Translations under genes and position numbers: made by a program
The notes under the pieces: generated by a model
The model's database searches: none
What the model saw: the letters and a program-made list of their open reading frames with translations, nothing else
Told to the model about the DNA's origin: nothing
In this document: one piece after another, positions 41,846 through 55,926 of the stretch
Layout of the letters: each line of letters begins with the position of its first letter
How positions within the stretch are numbered: the first letter of the stretch is position 1
Assembly (NCBI GenBank): GCA_951406725.2
Contig: OX597840.1
Location: forward strand, 16,926,001-16,990,000
Length of the DNA stretch: 64,000 nt
Direction of reading: 5' to 3'
Source: Octopus vulgaris
Lineage: Eukaryota

Positions 41846-43258
41846 TAGTAATAGTGCTGTTGTTGCTGTTGGTGCTTCGTCTTTATTTCGTCGTTTTAAT
41901 AATTTCAACGTTGACCTTGGTGTTCCCTTCTTTCCCTCCACACATTAACTTTGACCTTTGACCTCAATGTAAAAAAGCGCTAAACACATATGTCTATATC
42001 AGTGACGTAGCTAACGTGTGCTCCTGCCAGGAGCAGCCCTTTAGTTTGCCCCTCCTCCCCTGTACTGGCTTCTACAGCAGACTCAAACGTGCCACCTCTA
42101 TGAATGCATCACCCTTGGTGTACCACCACCATCATTGATGATGAGCAATCAGCGGTATCCATGAATATATTAATTTCAGTGAACAAACAAACGGTGGTGG
42201 GTTTGTTTTTGTTTCTTATTAAGGGATTTAGAGGGACAAAACTGCGTCAACGTCGAATTCACCAACCATTCAGGGCCTCTGAATGCCATGTTTTAGCTAG
42301 GAGGGCCCGTGAAAGCCTAAACCCAAAGCAAACGATTAAAAGATTTTTTTTTAAAGGAAAGTATCTTTCTGCTGGGTCCGAATAGAAGCTTCCTCATCAA
42401 ATTGTATAAAATACAGAACCTTGAATACTGAAACGAAATGAGAACGGAACACTAAGACAACACAATCAATAACTAAAACCATGTTACACATTTTTACATG
42501 TGGAACGAAAAAGAAAAAAGCAGACCATTAAGGAAAAGTTTTACGATAAAACATTGGAAAAAGAAAGTCAAACAGTTCGCCATTTTGAAAACGAATTTCC
42601 TATCCTCAGTCGTGTCTTTTTGCATTTCTTTCTGACTGATCCCTGTGTATTTCTGTCCATTTTTATGTTTTAAATTTCACCGGTGAAGTTTTAATGTGGC
42701 CTTGTAATTCAGTCAGAAGACACAATATTTCTTTTATTTCATTGCATTCACCATTTGCTGTTTCGTTATGCGATGTAATAATATCTAAAGAAAAATGTTA
42801 TTGTCGTCTGTCTAACATGTCACGTGTTACGCAGGCTGATGGCGCTGGTGTTGGTGTTTGAAGAGGGGGGGGTACATATTGAAGATGAGATTCTCGTGGC
42901 ACTTTTTCCTCCTCAAGTTTTGATCTCACTTTTATCTTTTGTTGGTTTTCTTTTAAACATTTTTGTATATTTTATTGAAGTGCTGTTGTTATTGAATTGA
43001 TAGGTTGATTATATTAGTTATGGAGACGTCGATATATGTGTGTATGCATGTACATACTTGTATTCAGACACATATATATGTAACATATACATACATATAA
43101 ACACATACACGCACGTACACACACACGCACACACACATACGCACGTAGACACACACACACACATACACATATATATATATAAACATACACTTATATGTAG
43201 CATACGTACATATGAATACATATATATATATACATGCATATCTATATACATACACATG

Positions 43259-43304
<46 letters not shown>

Positions 43305-43394
43305 CATACACATATCCATAGATACACACAGACACACACACACACACACACGCAATTCAGATATAGAATAAATATATTATTTATTGTTTTCTAG

Positions 43395-43439
43395 GTTTGC
43401 CATCACCAATATCGGATACATACGATGAAACTTCTGAAA
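43395..43439 (+). CDS. Host-gene exon
   Basis: ttgttttctag| LPSPISDTYDETSE |gtaagt; 45 nt; phase 1-1. Confidence 0.6.
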
Positions 43440-45285
43440 GTAAGTATAGTCAGCAACTTTTCCAGCCATAGCAATTGATAACAACTGTTCTGAACATCGG
43501 TGTGATGTGGGAGATTATTTCTAGAAGAAATTGTGAGTTTCGTGTCTTGTCTTCAAATTTCTTAGTGATGCAAACTGAAGACTTTAATGAAATGATTTCC
43601 TGTTAGGGACCAGCCTTCATCACTTTTCTCACTCATTTCTTACATTCTGCAAATATAGAAGCATCCATTGTGTTGCGGAAGCATTATGTTCATGAAAATA
43701 TTACCGTAATGTGGATTTCCCTAACGCGAAATGAATTTACCTATTGAAGCCATTGTTTATTCGTTTCTATGTAATACGGAATCGATGGTAAAATGTGGTT
43801 TCTCATCACGTGAGCACACGTTACATTAAGGCTTTCCAGAGTGTAATCGTTTCGTAATGTAGAGGTTACCTGTCGATAAGGGCTGTCGTCTGTGTGGTGT
43901 ATCGAGGAGGTCCAACTTTAGTCCCCCGCCCCACTAAATATATCTGAAAATATTATACGTAATGAAGCCTTTCTAGACATCACATAAAACAGAAGAATAC
44001 AAGGAAGCAAGCAATTATCTGCTTTAAAACTTTACACATGTAATCTTATTGAGTTTTAAAATAATTAATTCCACTTCATCAACTTTTCATAACTTTATAT
44101 ACGATTCACTGCAAGGTTTCAACTCCTTCGAGAAGGAATACCGCTGTGGGATTCATTCTTCAAATGAAACTCTGCCCACTTTAGAAAATTTATAGTGAAA
44201 AGAGAGATGCTAATATAGCTTTAGCATCCAGACAAACAGACTGATATGATAACACTTAAAGATGCCGGTCAACATTCTATGAGAAAAATGATAATAGTGA
44301 ATTAATAGTCGATATCGTTTTGACGGTTGAGTACGATGCTGTAAAGATAAGTTGAACTGAGAAGTTAAAACTAAGGAATCACACTGCCTTGGCAGTAGAA
44401 TTAAGACTATTATGGTGATTAGAAAATATGCCCAACATTCTTTTTCTCACTGGTGCAGTTATAATAATACACAGCTATTACTTTAAAAGACATAGATAGA
44501 TTACCAGGAAGGATGGCCATCGGTATACTGGAGGAAATACCAATGTTTGGAGCTATATGAAATGTTCGAGTCCATACACAAGGGGATGCTGGAAAGCTCC
44601 TGGCTTTGGGTAAAAAAAAGAAACTACAGGAGAATAAGTTGTGATTTGGTGCAATATATTCTCCTCTCAGATTCACACACTTATTGCAGCAGAACTTCAG
44701 TTTTTTCTAAGAACTTGGAAATTTGCTTTTCCTTCTTTCGGGTTCGATAAAATAAGTACCAGTTTTGGCACTGATGTAATCGACTTACCCCTACCTCGAA
44801 ATTGCTGGCCTTGTGCCAAAATTTGAAATTATTATTATTATCCCCTCCCCACAAATTTGAGGCCTTGTGCTTCCAGTAGAAAGGATTATTGTTATCATAA
44901 TTTTCTTCAGGTCGAGTGGCCCATCCTGTTCAAAAGGTCCCTGAATAAGGTTTGTTTAAGGATGCTGAACCCATGTTTTCAAAGGTGAATTATCCTAACC
45001 CGAAAGAATTCCTCTCAACACATGGCTACCCTCACTACTTCTGCTCATGATCAGAGATGCACATATCGCCAGCCATTAAGGGACATGGTCAACTAGTTAT
45101 GGTCAAACAACTGATAAGCAAATCTGTGGTATTGAGCAGAATATTTGCTGTAGCCCATCTTTTATACCAAGACAACACTTCCAATGAGTTGAGATCAGAA
45201 GCCATGAGAACCACTGCCTGTTACTACATCAGGGCATTATTATCATTATTTATTATTATTATTATTACTATTATTATTATTATTA

Positions 45286-45343
<58 letters not shown>

Positions 45344-45384
45344 TACTATTACTATTATTACTATTATTATTATTATTATTATTA

Positions 45385-45424
<40 letters not shown>

Positions 45425-45688
45425 AGCTAAAAAGTGTCTCGATCCTATTGAAGAGGATGGAAATCAAGACGGTAAGCTACTATTTACTAGTTTCGACTCA
45501 GTGAGTGTGTGTGTGTGTGTTTGTGCATGTGTGTGTGTTTGTGTGTGTATATCTATTTACGTATTGTAAATCTGGGTCAAACTACAGATTGTCAATACAA
45601 TTACTGTTGTAACTTCCTCGGTACGCAAAATCTTTAAACAATGTGGTTGATATCGGAGACACGTTGTCATCATTTTCTATAATGCACA

Positions 45689-45735
<47 letters not shown>

Positions 45736-45797
45736 TACATATATTATATACATATATGCATATATATAACTTGAAATCATGTTACTTATTTTGATCA

Positions 45798-45831
<34 letters not shown>

Positions 45832-45914
45832 CAGGCATGTATATATATATACATACACACACACACATACAACACTCATACATATATAAATATAAATATA
45901 TGTATATAAATATA

Positions 45915-46994
45915 CAGGGTGGAGCATGGAGGAAGGACGTTTTAGAAAATTTCACAAAATCATTAATTTTAGTTGCAAACAAATTTCATTGACATCAATG
46001 TATTCGTATTGAATTAGCATTTGTCAAAATCGAGTGTGGAAAACAACATCCATCATGTGGTGTCCGTTTTCATTGAGGCATTTCCGAAGGTGTTCTTAAA
46101 AGTTGGCCTCCACTCTCTCTAGCAATGCTCTGTCGATTTGGGCGACTACTTCCACGCGAATAGCGTCCTTCAAATCGTCCAATATACGGGGCTTATGCGC
46201 ATATACACGTACCTTGAGGTTTCCCCCACAAATACAAATGACGGCAGCTTTTCCAACAGCACACCAGACGACCCTTACGTTTGGGTTGTGCAGTGGTGTT
46301 TCGTGCATTTCTCTTGGATTTTCAAGTGCCCATTAATGATAGTTCTGTTGATTCCCCATGCCATTGAGATGAAATTGAGCTACATCACTCATTAACAAAA
46401 TGCAATTGTCATTTGCCTCAAAAATTGCTTCCATCTGATGTGCGAAGTTGAGCCGCTGTGCATAGTTCCGTGGTTTCAACTGTGGCCCATTGACCAATTT
46501 GTACGGGTGGAAATGCAGGTCTTCATGCAAAATACGCCTTACCGATCGATTACCGATGCCAAGTTTAGTGGAATGCCTCCGAGCAGAGTGATTAGGACTT
46601 CGTATCAAAGCTTGTCTCACGTGTTCCACATTTTCCGGGGTCCGTTCCGTTCGTGGCGCCCTCACCGGTCTCCTATTCATTGGTATACTTCGTATAAGAA
46701 GTGCATTCACTCTATGTAAGAATGTCTTTCGGGTTGTAACAGACGGATTTCGGTGAATGTTGAAGTGACGCCGAAATTCAAGCTGAACTATTATGACAGA
46801 CTCATTATTCTTTACGTAAATGTCGTAGGCAAACACGTGATGCTCTATCGTCCACAGCGCCTGAAAAGAAACACCTGAAGAAACAAAAATGCTCAGACAC
46901 CACGGACCGAATGGTACCTGTTGGAGATATGTCCCTTCTCCTGGGGCTGAGTAATAGCCATTTCAAAAACGTCTGTCCTCTCTACCTCACCCTG
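45915..46994 (-). mobile_element. Internally deleted Tc1/mariner transposon (Tc3-like N-terminal HTH)
   Basis: CAGGGTG..CACCCTG ends; ORF 46333-46836 with RTPENVEHVR, DLHFHPYKL, LMSDVAQFHLNG; then PLHNPNVRVVWCA. Confidence 0.85.
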
Positions 46995-47072
46995 AATATA
47001 TACACATATATATGTGTATACATGTGGATCGTTGGCGATTTTTTCCTCCGTCTTCCTTTTCCTCTGTCTCCT

Positions 47073-47107
47073 GTTTCTGAAGAAGAGCTTTGCTCGAAAC
47101 GTAAAAC
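47073..47107 (+). ncRNA. Minimal PLE-type hammerhead in a short repeat (47028-47225)
   Basis: gttt-CTGAAGA-A-GAGC ttt GCTC-GAAA-CG-TA^aaac; stem III reduced to the palindrome ACGT. Confidence 0.75.
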
Positions 47108-47898
47108 TACCTTTCTTTCCTTCCCTGAGTGTCTTTTAATACTTTGCATGTACCACGTCCTCGCGTTGTTGCTTTTTCTTGTTGCGATTTTTCTTCGTTT
47201 TTATTTTTAGGTGGACTAACTATAGATATGTATAAATATATATACATGTATACATGCATGTATATATAGCTGTTTCTGCTATAAGGTTAAGTGCACTCAG
47301 AGCTGTAATCTCATGATGTTCATTACATAATTTACTGTTCTTCTGTCATTTATTTAATTTCCCGCTTTATTCTGAAACATTTGTATTTCTATGCCAAAGC
47401 AAAATATTAATATATTTATATAATATCATGGACTCTCTCGTCGTGAGACGACGTATGAGGGTTTGGCAATTTCTTGCCGAACAACCATACAGGTGTTTTG
47501 TTTATAGTGATCAAATGTTTGTGTACACATAAGCTCAGGCCTTCCATCAAATCAACATTACCTGTACAGGTACACCGAGTGCCACATGTCAGATGACGAA
47601 ATGACCGCAGAGTAACATGAAATGAGGTTCTTTGCCCAAGAACACAACGCAACGCTCGGTCTGTGAATCGAACCCTCGATATAGCAATCATGAGTGCAAC
47701 CCCCTCACCACTAAGCCATGCACCTTCACACACACACACACACACACACACAAGGTTGAGCACATAAGTGCAAAACAAGGTGGAAAAGTTGGTACTCGAA
47801 TACCAAAGGTAATGTGCTTTTATTAAAGCTGCAAAATCATCACAATTTTCGGACAGCTGTGATGAAAACTGAATTAAAACTATAAACACAATTTTAAT

Positions 47899-47959
<61 letters not shown>

Positions 47960-48307
47960 GCGGTGCTCCAGCATGGCCGCAGTCAAATGACTGAAACAAG
48001 TAAAATAGTAAAAGAGAGTAAAGAGTATATATATATATATATATATATAAATATATATATATTATAATTATATACATAATTATAACAAGGGCTTCGCTTG
48101 CGCCTCACTAAGCACTGAAAGATAGACGTCAAAAGACACTATTGCGATTATAAATTCTCCGAGAAAAACAAACAGTGTGTTTTTCTCGGAGAATTTATGG
48201 TCATGTTATAATTATGTATATAATTATAAAATATCTATATTAATTTACCTACGAGGTTTTATTTTCGCGCAGATTAATTGGTAAAACTCATTTATAATTT
48301 TACCCTT

Positions 48308-48355
<48 letters not shown>

Positions 48356-48442
48356 ATAGTTATCGCCATACTAATATGGCATTCTTATAAAAATAAGAAA
48401 AAAGCTGTTCTCTTTTAGAGAGACTTAGTTATTTTATTTTTA

Positions 48443-48507
<65 letters not shown>

Positions 48508-48530
48508 GCATGTATGTATGTATGTATGTA

Positions 48531-48590
<60 letters not shown>

Positions 48591-48886
48591 CAACAATTGA
48601 GGGTAAAATTAATTAATTAATTAATCAATTTCACCAAGTATTCAGTATGCAAAGGGACCATTTAAGGCGAATTCAAATTATTACATTATATAAAAGGGCT
48701 TAGTAAAATAAATTACTTTGCCGCATACTGAACTCATTAGAAATAGCAGCCAAAAAACTTTTTTAAAGCTATTTCTAATACTTAAAGAAAATCTCTCTCA
48801 TATATAGCGTTTGCTTAATTCAACTCACAAAAGTTTGGGGGTAAGGACATTAAAAAATCAAATGCTAAGGTTATTTGAGAACGTAC

Positions 48887-49000
<114 letters not shown>

Positions 49001-49139
49001 TCAATAAATGGTGGGGTTGTGTTGACCGCACGTGGAGAAATGATAAGTAAGGAAAAATTTTTTTAAAAATGCAGAATGCTCAAATGAAATAAAATTTTAA
49101 TAAAATGAGAAAATGATAAAATATATAAATATATATATT

Positions 49140-49180
49140 TATTCAACCGGTTTTCGTCAATGTATGACTTGTCAAGAATA
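49140..49180 (-). ncRNA. Variant hammerhead (U3-A8) in the PLE pseudo-LTR; inverted copy at about 53707-53747 (+)
   Basis: tattc-TTGACAA-GTCA tacat TGAC-GAAAA-CCG-GTT^gaata. Confidence 0.6.
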
Positions 49181-49817
49181 TTTATGTTTTAAGAAGTTTT
49201 TTTGAAAATTAGAAAGGGGAAAAAAAGAAAATTGCAATGTTTTTTGTAAAAGAATAATGATAAAAATGTACAAAAATTAAAAAATAAGTTCTCCGATACA
49301 TTGTGAGTTCGTTGTGTATCTTGAGTTTTATGGTTGTTTACCAAAAAGTTACCTTGAGGTGTTAAGATCCAAAGGGATTAAGAGCATGTGATGTGTTGTG
49401 TTGTTGAATACAGCATGTTGCAGGACAGGAAGTAGTAGTAATTGTGGTCCTGGTTCTTCAGTTCCTGTGTTGTGAGTAAGGGGAGAAAACTCTTTTGAGT
49501 TCTTCAATAAAACCCAAATTATAAAACTATCATTTTAGCTTCATTTGCATTATCTTTTTTATATATAATTGCTTGTTAACTTAACTTTCAGATTTTAACA
49601 CTTTATTTATATTATTTTCTAATAATATAAAACTGCATAGACAATTGCATTTCAAATTGTCATATCATTTATAATAAAAATGATAGTAGTAACAACAACA
49701 ATAGTGAAAATGATATTTAAAGAATATAAGTTTTAGCTTGAAGTGGTGAATGCATGGTATCTTTATATATTTGTGTTAGTCCATCCATGAAGAGTGAGGT
49801 AGAGGAAGGAAGTTTGA

Positions 49818-52135
49818 TCAACGAGGAGTTTGCATATTAAGTTGTGTTTGGAATTTTTCAATAAAGAGATTCTCCTTGTTAATTCTCTCCTGTGTGGTGA
49901 TCCCGTCTTTACATTGGTAGAAGGGGAATATATAGAATTTGGGGTTTAAGTCTTTGGCACATGAGTCTAAGTGGTCACTCAGTGGAATTTGTCGGTATTC
50001 CGGGAGATTTATTTGTTCTTTATGCACCGTTACTCGTTTACGTAACGGGAGACTCGTTTGTCCCACATAATTATGTTGGCAACCAGCGCATGTGAGAACG
50101 TAGATAAGGTTCTCGGAGGAACAGGAGAAGTTAGTCTTGATTTTAAACTTCGTACCTTGTTTGAAGGTAAATTCAGAGCCTTCAAGTAGAAAGGGGCAGG
50201 TACCACAGTTTGAGCGTGCACATTTTTTTACTGTTGGGGGTGGATGTGGTGTGTGAAGTTTGGCATTTGTCAAGAGTTTTTTTAAAGATTTGTGTTGCCT
50301 TTTGCATTTGAGGATTTTGTGTGTATTTATAATGTTTTTCATTTTTGGGTCTGTTGACAGTAGACTGAGGTTTTGTATGATTGTGGTGTATGCTTCGATA
50401 TTTTTGGGGTTGTGGGTGGAAATGTATGGAAGTATTTTGAGGTTGTGTGTGGTGTTAGGTTGGGTGGTTTTCAGTGTAGTGTTGTCTAGTTCTTTGGCGC
50501 GTTTTATTCCATACTCTATAAGGGTGGAGGGATATTGACGTTGTAATAGTGTTTTTTTGAGGTCTTGAAGGCGTATTTCTCGTGTTTTTGGATCCGAGAC
50601 AATGGTGCATACCCTTTTAGCTAAATTGAAAGGGATATTTGTCTTGGTGTGTTTTGGGTGGCATGAACTAAAGAGGAGGTATTGTTGTGAGTCTGTAGGT
50701 TTGTGGTAGATGTCTGTTATGATTTGGTTTTTAGGTGTTTTTATAATTAGGAGATCAAGGAATGGGAGATGATGTTTGCTAAATTCCATAGTGAATTGGA
50801 TGTTGGGATGTATGTTGTTTAGTATGGTTTTGAATTCCAGGAGTTTATCATAAGGTTCTTTCCATATGATGAAACAATCATCTAAATACCTTTTCCAGTT
50901 TTCCATTAGGTAGGTGTGGAAAACATGTCCAAATTTCTGGCTTGATATTTCATAGAGTGACAGTTCGAAGTAACCCATTATGAGGTTCGCAAGGACTGGT
51001 GCAGCCTTGGTACCCATCGCAATGCCACATTTTTGACGGTAGTGTGTGTCGTCGAAGAGAAAAAAATTGTTTGTCAGAATGAACTTAAGAGATTCTGTAA
51101 TAAAAGACTTGTTAATGCGGTCAGGGAATGTCTCTGGGTGTTTTTCTAGCCAGAAGTCAATTGCCTCTATACCATACTCATGTGGAATGTTGGTGTAGAG
51201 GTTGATGACATCAAAGGATACCAGGAGTGCCCCCTCGTTAACTGTTTTCGGGAGGTGTTTGAGCATGTCCAGATCATCCCTAATGAAACTTTTGATGTGG
51301 GTAAGGAAAGGTTTCAAAAGGATGTCTAGGAAGTTACTCAGGCGGTGTGTTTCACAGGAGGTACCCGCCACGATGGGCCTTAGTTTTAGGTCCTCCGGTG
51401 CTTTGATGTTGATGTGGATGTCAGTGGAGAGTTTGCAGGCTTCGGTGATGTATTTGTTTTTATGGATTTTAGGAAGGCCATAAAAAAGGCTGGGCTTGCA
51501 TTTGAAAATGGTGATATAATCCCTTTCTTTTTCTGTGAGTCCCTGGCCGTGTTGGCGTATGAGTGTGGTGAGGTTTCTGATTGTTTTTTGCTGTTTGTAG
51601 TTGTTAATAACCTCATAGAAAATGTTATTGTTAAGCATGGAGAACACTAGGTGTTTATAAAATTCCGTGTCCATAAGGACCACAGCACTCCCTTTGTCCG
51701 CTTCTTTGATGGTGAGGTTTTTATCCAGTTGTATGTCACGTAGGTTTTCCCATTCTTCCTTACTGAAATTGGATTTTACCTTGGTTTTGCTTGGGGTAAA
51801 GGGGAGACTCTGGATGTGTTTACAGAAATCGTCCAGTGTTTTATTTCTCCTTTTGGTGGTAGGAAGTTGCTTTTATTTCTGATCAATGAATCGTCCCCAT
51901 TGTTGATATCTGTCAAAGCTTCTGTTAGGCGAAGTTTTCTGCAGAATTCAGAAACGTCATCCTTGACCTCCGGGGGGTTGGGTGTTCTTGGGGTGGGTGT
52001 GAATTTCAAACCTCTTGCTAGGATGTTGATTTGGGTTGGTGTCAGTGTTTTGCTGGAGAGGTTTATAATTTTTGTTTTCTTATTTTGGGTCTGTGTTAGC
52101 GGTGGTGTTTGTATTTTTCCCCCCTGTCTAAAAAA
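49818..52135 (-). CDS. PLE reverse transcriptase + GIY-YIG endonuclease (one 1-nt frameshift near 51850)
   Basis: IINLSSKTLT..GLKFTPTP, ADKGSAVV, FDVINLYTNIP, GIAMGTKAAP, RYLDD, LPFLD, CARSNCGTC Zn-finger-like linker, NLIYVLTCAGCQHNYVGQT. Confidence 0.93.
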
Positions 52136-53588
52136 TGGTTGTTGAGGTAAGGGGTGTATTCTTTGTTAAAGTTCTGGTTGTATGTGTAGGAGTGTTTTTG
52201 GGTGGGGAGGTTGGAGGGGGGTAGGTAGTTGTCGTATTTGTGTTGGTATGGGATGCGATGGTGTAAGGTTTTGTGAGAAATGCGATGGGTTTGTGGGTGT
52301 GTGTCTGGTAGATTGTATGGGGGGATGTAGGAGGGTATGTAGTTGTGGTGATTGGGTTCGTGTGGGATGTGAGGGTTTGGAGATCTGTAGGAGATGTGGT
52401 AGGAATGTGGTTGTTGGATGGGTGGACTATAGGGGGTTCGTTGGGTGGGTCTTATATGTATCGGTGTGGGTAGGATGCCTTGTTTGTTATTAGTGTGAGG
52501 GAGGGGAGCCTTGAGGGGGGGATAATTTCTAGTGTATGGGAGGTTCTTGAAGGTTCTAATCGGTGGGGGAGGGGTGTTAGAGTGATTGGAAAACCAGGTT
52601 TTGTGGTGGGTCTTGTTTGAGATGTTTCGGGGGGAAAGGGTTTTTTATATGGTTAGGGGAGGTTGTGTCCTGTTAGGAGGGGGTTTGGAGAGTATGTGTA
52701 TTTGAGGTGCGGTTTGGAATGGTGTTTATGGGGTACAGTGGAAGTCTGTGTTGTGGGTACTTTTATGAATGGGTTTTTGGATTTATGGTTTAATATGAAT
52801 TGTGTTTCATAGTTGAGGAAGAAATCTTTGTTGTTTTCCCAGCGTTTGAGGGAGGTTCGTTCTTCCTTTTCACATTCATCTTTCCATAGTTTAATAACAA
52901 GTTCGAGGGGCTGTTCGTTGGTGTGTGAGGTTAGTTCTAGAAGTATCTCATCGTCTATTTTTGTGTATTTTTGTTCGTGGTTTTGTGCTCTGAGTTTTAG
53001 AAGTTCTACTTCGGTTTTCATTTTTTCCAATGTTAGTTTTTCTCTTAGGAAGCGTTGTTTTTCAGGTTCGTCTGGGATGTGTTTGATTTGGAATTTTCGG
53101 GGTAGTATGATAGGGGAGGAGTTTAACCATTTGTCGTAAATATCAGCTTTGTTTTGGTTTTTGAGCATGTTCCAGAAGAGAAGTTTTCTGTTGTGTAGTT
53201 TCTTAGTCCAAGTAGTGATGATCTGGTTTTTAATGCGTTGTGCTGGGGTTGAAATGTGTTCCTTCTGTGTGTTGAGTGGTGTCTGAGGTCTCTTTGGCGT
53301 TGAATTGGTAAGTAGAGTTTTCAGTGTAGTGTTGATTTCATTTAGGTTTACATCTATCTTATCCGAAAGTAGAGTTTTCAGTGTAGTGTTGATTTCGTTT
53401 AGGTTTACATCAAATTTATCCGAAAGTTGTTGATGATGGTTGTTTTCTGAATTGTCCCGGGATTGAAGGAGAAGTTCGTCAATTTTTTTGGAGAATGTAA
53501 GTAGATGTGTATTGAGTACTTTGAGTTCTTTTAGAATGGTCTTATTGGTGACTGTCTCTGTAAGAGTGCTCTTGTTTTTCGGAGGCAT
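52096..53588 (-). CDS. PLE ORF1 / N-terminal region: helical part (53588-52653) plus Pro/His/Asn/Tyr-rich part (52644-52096); disrupted near 52650
   Basis: 311-aa ATG ORF starting about 30 nt after the direct repeat; I translated a second 182-codon frame with no stop, ending ..YLNNHFLDRGEKYKHHR*. Confidence 0.7.
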
Positions 53589-53837
53589 TCTGAATCACAC
53601 GTGTGGTAGAGGGTACAGATCAATAAATGGTGGGGTTGTGTTGACCGCACGTGGAGAAATGATAAGTAAGGAAAAATTTTTTTAAAAATGCAGAATGAAA
53701 CATAAATATTCTTGACAAGTCATACATTGACGAAAACCGGTTGAATAAATATATATATTTATATATTTTATCATTTTCTCATTTTATTAAAATTTTATTT
53801 CATTTGAGCATTCTGCATTTTTAAAAAAATTTTTCCT

Positions 53838-53919
<82 letters not shown>

Positions 53920-54100
53920 GAAATGAGGTAATCAGAAGATCGGATGGTTCATATTTACAGATATTTATTTATATATTACATTTTTTACATATATATAACA
54001 TATCATTCAGATCATATCATTCAGATCATTAGCGATTTCTCCCATTCTAGTGGGGTTTTCAAATCAAAATCAATATATATACATATATATATACATACAC

Positions 54101-54147
<47 letters not shown>

Positions 54148-54174
54148 CATATATATACACTAATATATATATAC

Positions 54175-54249
<75 letters not shown>

Positions 54250-54519
54250 CATACATATATATATTTGTGTGTTTGTGTGTGTGTGTAGATGGGAAACAGT
54301 GAGAGAAAGAGGGGAGACAGAGATGTATTCTTGTGTGTGAGATCGAGAAAAGATTAAAAAATCAAAGTTCCAGAAGAGGCCAAATGTTACAATCTTCGAC
54401 AAGCCATGATGTCTATCATCCATCGACTGACACCGTTACCGATTAACCGTAGCTCCTAGCAATATTCTGTGATGAATTAAATAATTCCAAATATTGGCAT
54501 TCTTTCGATATTGTTCTAG

Positions 54520-54591
54520 AAAGTAACGGTGTGAAGAGACGACATCGTTCGTCTCCCCTTTCAACGGAGCCGCTTTATGTGACGAGGAAAG
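54520..54591 (+). CDS. Probable host-gene exon
   Basis: ttgttctag| SNGVKRRHRSSPLSTEPLYVTRK |gttgtg; 72 nt; phase 1-1. Confidence 0.5.
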
Positions 54592-54949
54592 GTTGTGGGT
54601 TAATGGCATCGTTTACCGATATCGAAGGATTGTCCCAAATATTTTTCTTACCGGATCAACTAAATCACCACTGATTTTATTCTATGTCTGACTCCTAGAG
54701 TAAGACATGGTTTAATAGTTAGTGTCTTACACTCCTGATCGCAAGATTGTGGTTTCAGTTCCCAAACCAGGCGGTGCGTTATGTGCTTGAGCTAGTCCAC
54801 TCAGCTGTAAATGGATCACCCTGTAGCGGACTGTCTTTCCGTTCAGAGGGAATATTGTGGTTTTATACGCCATAGAAAAGGGGTAACCGACCCTTCGAGG
54901 CCTAGGACTTGGGTCAGTTATGCCCAAGGGAGAATTATGATGATACTGG

Positions 54950-55495
54950 TTCCAAATCTTGGCACAATGGCAGAAATTTAAGGGGAGGCGCTAAGTCTAT
55001 TAAATCGACCCCAATGTTCAACTGCTACTTGTTTTATCGGAGAAGGCGCGTAGCTTAGTAGTTGGAGCATTCGGCTCACAATCGTAAGGTTGTGAGTTCG
55101 ATTCTTGATAAGCCGTTGTGTTCTTGAGCAAGACACTTTATTTCACGTTGCTCCGGTTCACTCAGCTGGAAAAAATTAGTGGTACCTCTATTTGAAAGGA
55201 CCAGCCTTATCACACTCTTTGTCACGCTGAATCTCCATGAGGACTACGTTAAGGGTACACGCATGTGCGGAGTGCTCAGCCACATGCACGTTAATTTCAC
55301 GAGCAGGCTGTTCCGTTGATCGGATCAACTGGAACCCCGGTCGTCGTAACCGTTTAACTTATTTTATCGACACCCCGAAAGGATGAAATGCAAAGTCGAT
55401 CCTGGCGGCATTTGAACCCAGAGCATAAGGATGGAAGAAATGCTGCTAAGTATTTCGCCCGACTTGCTAACGATTCTGCCAGCTCGCTGCCTTAC
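54950..55495. mobile_element. SINE family A (-) interrupted by a third tRNA-derived SINE (+, about 55043-55352)
   Basis: The inner element has the head ggcgcgtagcttagt..gagttcgattc and shares cacgttaatttcacgagca.gctgttc with 33830-34020. Confidence 0.7.
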
Positions 55496-55838
55496 CGCCT
55501 TGTATGGTAAGGATGATATTGACGTCCCGTTCAAGGGGTGCGCTGCGATCTCTCACACCTTCATCTATATGCCCCGGAAACCGAATACCAGTTCTGTGAG
55601 TCCGAGAGCTCGAGACAGGTCTTACTTCACAGACTTTTAGAAATCTAAATAAAAGACAGGTGAGTTAAGCACATATTTGAATAATTAAAAAACATGTGGG
55701 TGGGGGGTTTTTCCGATTTCCATAACACATTTAATAAATATTGATAATTTGATTTACTAAAAATTATCAAAGAATTTTTTTCCTTTCAAATATTTGTGCT
55801 TGGAAATTAAATTATCGATATTCACTAATTTTATTATG

Positions 55839-55926
<88 letters not shown>

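Noticed and set aside
43405-43445. ATCG..CGAT-GAAAC hammerhead-like half
   Set aside because: The 5' core is absent and the sequence is better explained as a coding exon.
50030-52493. Antisense and alternative-frame ORFs over the PLE
   Set aside because: Shadows of the strand-biased PLE coding sequence.
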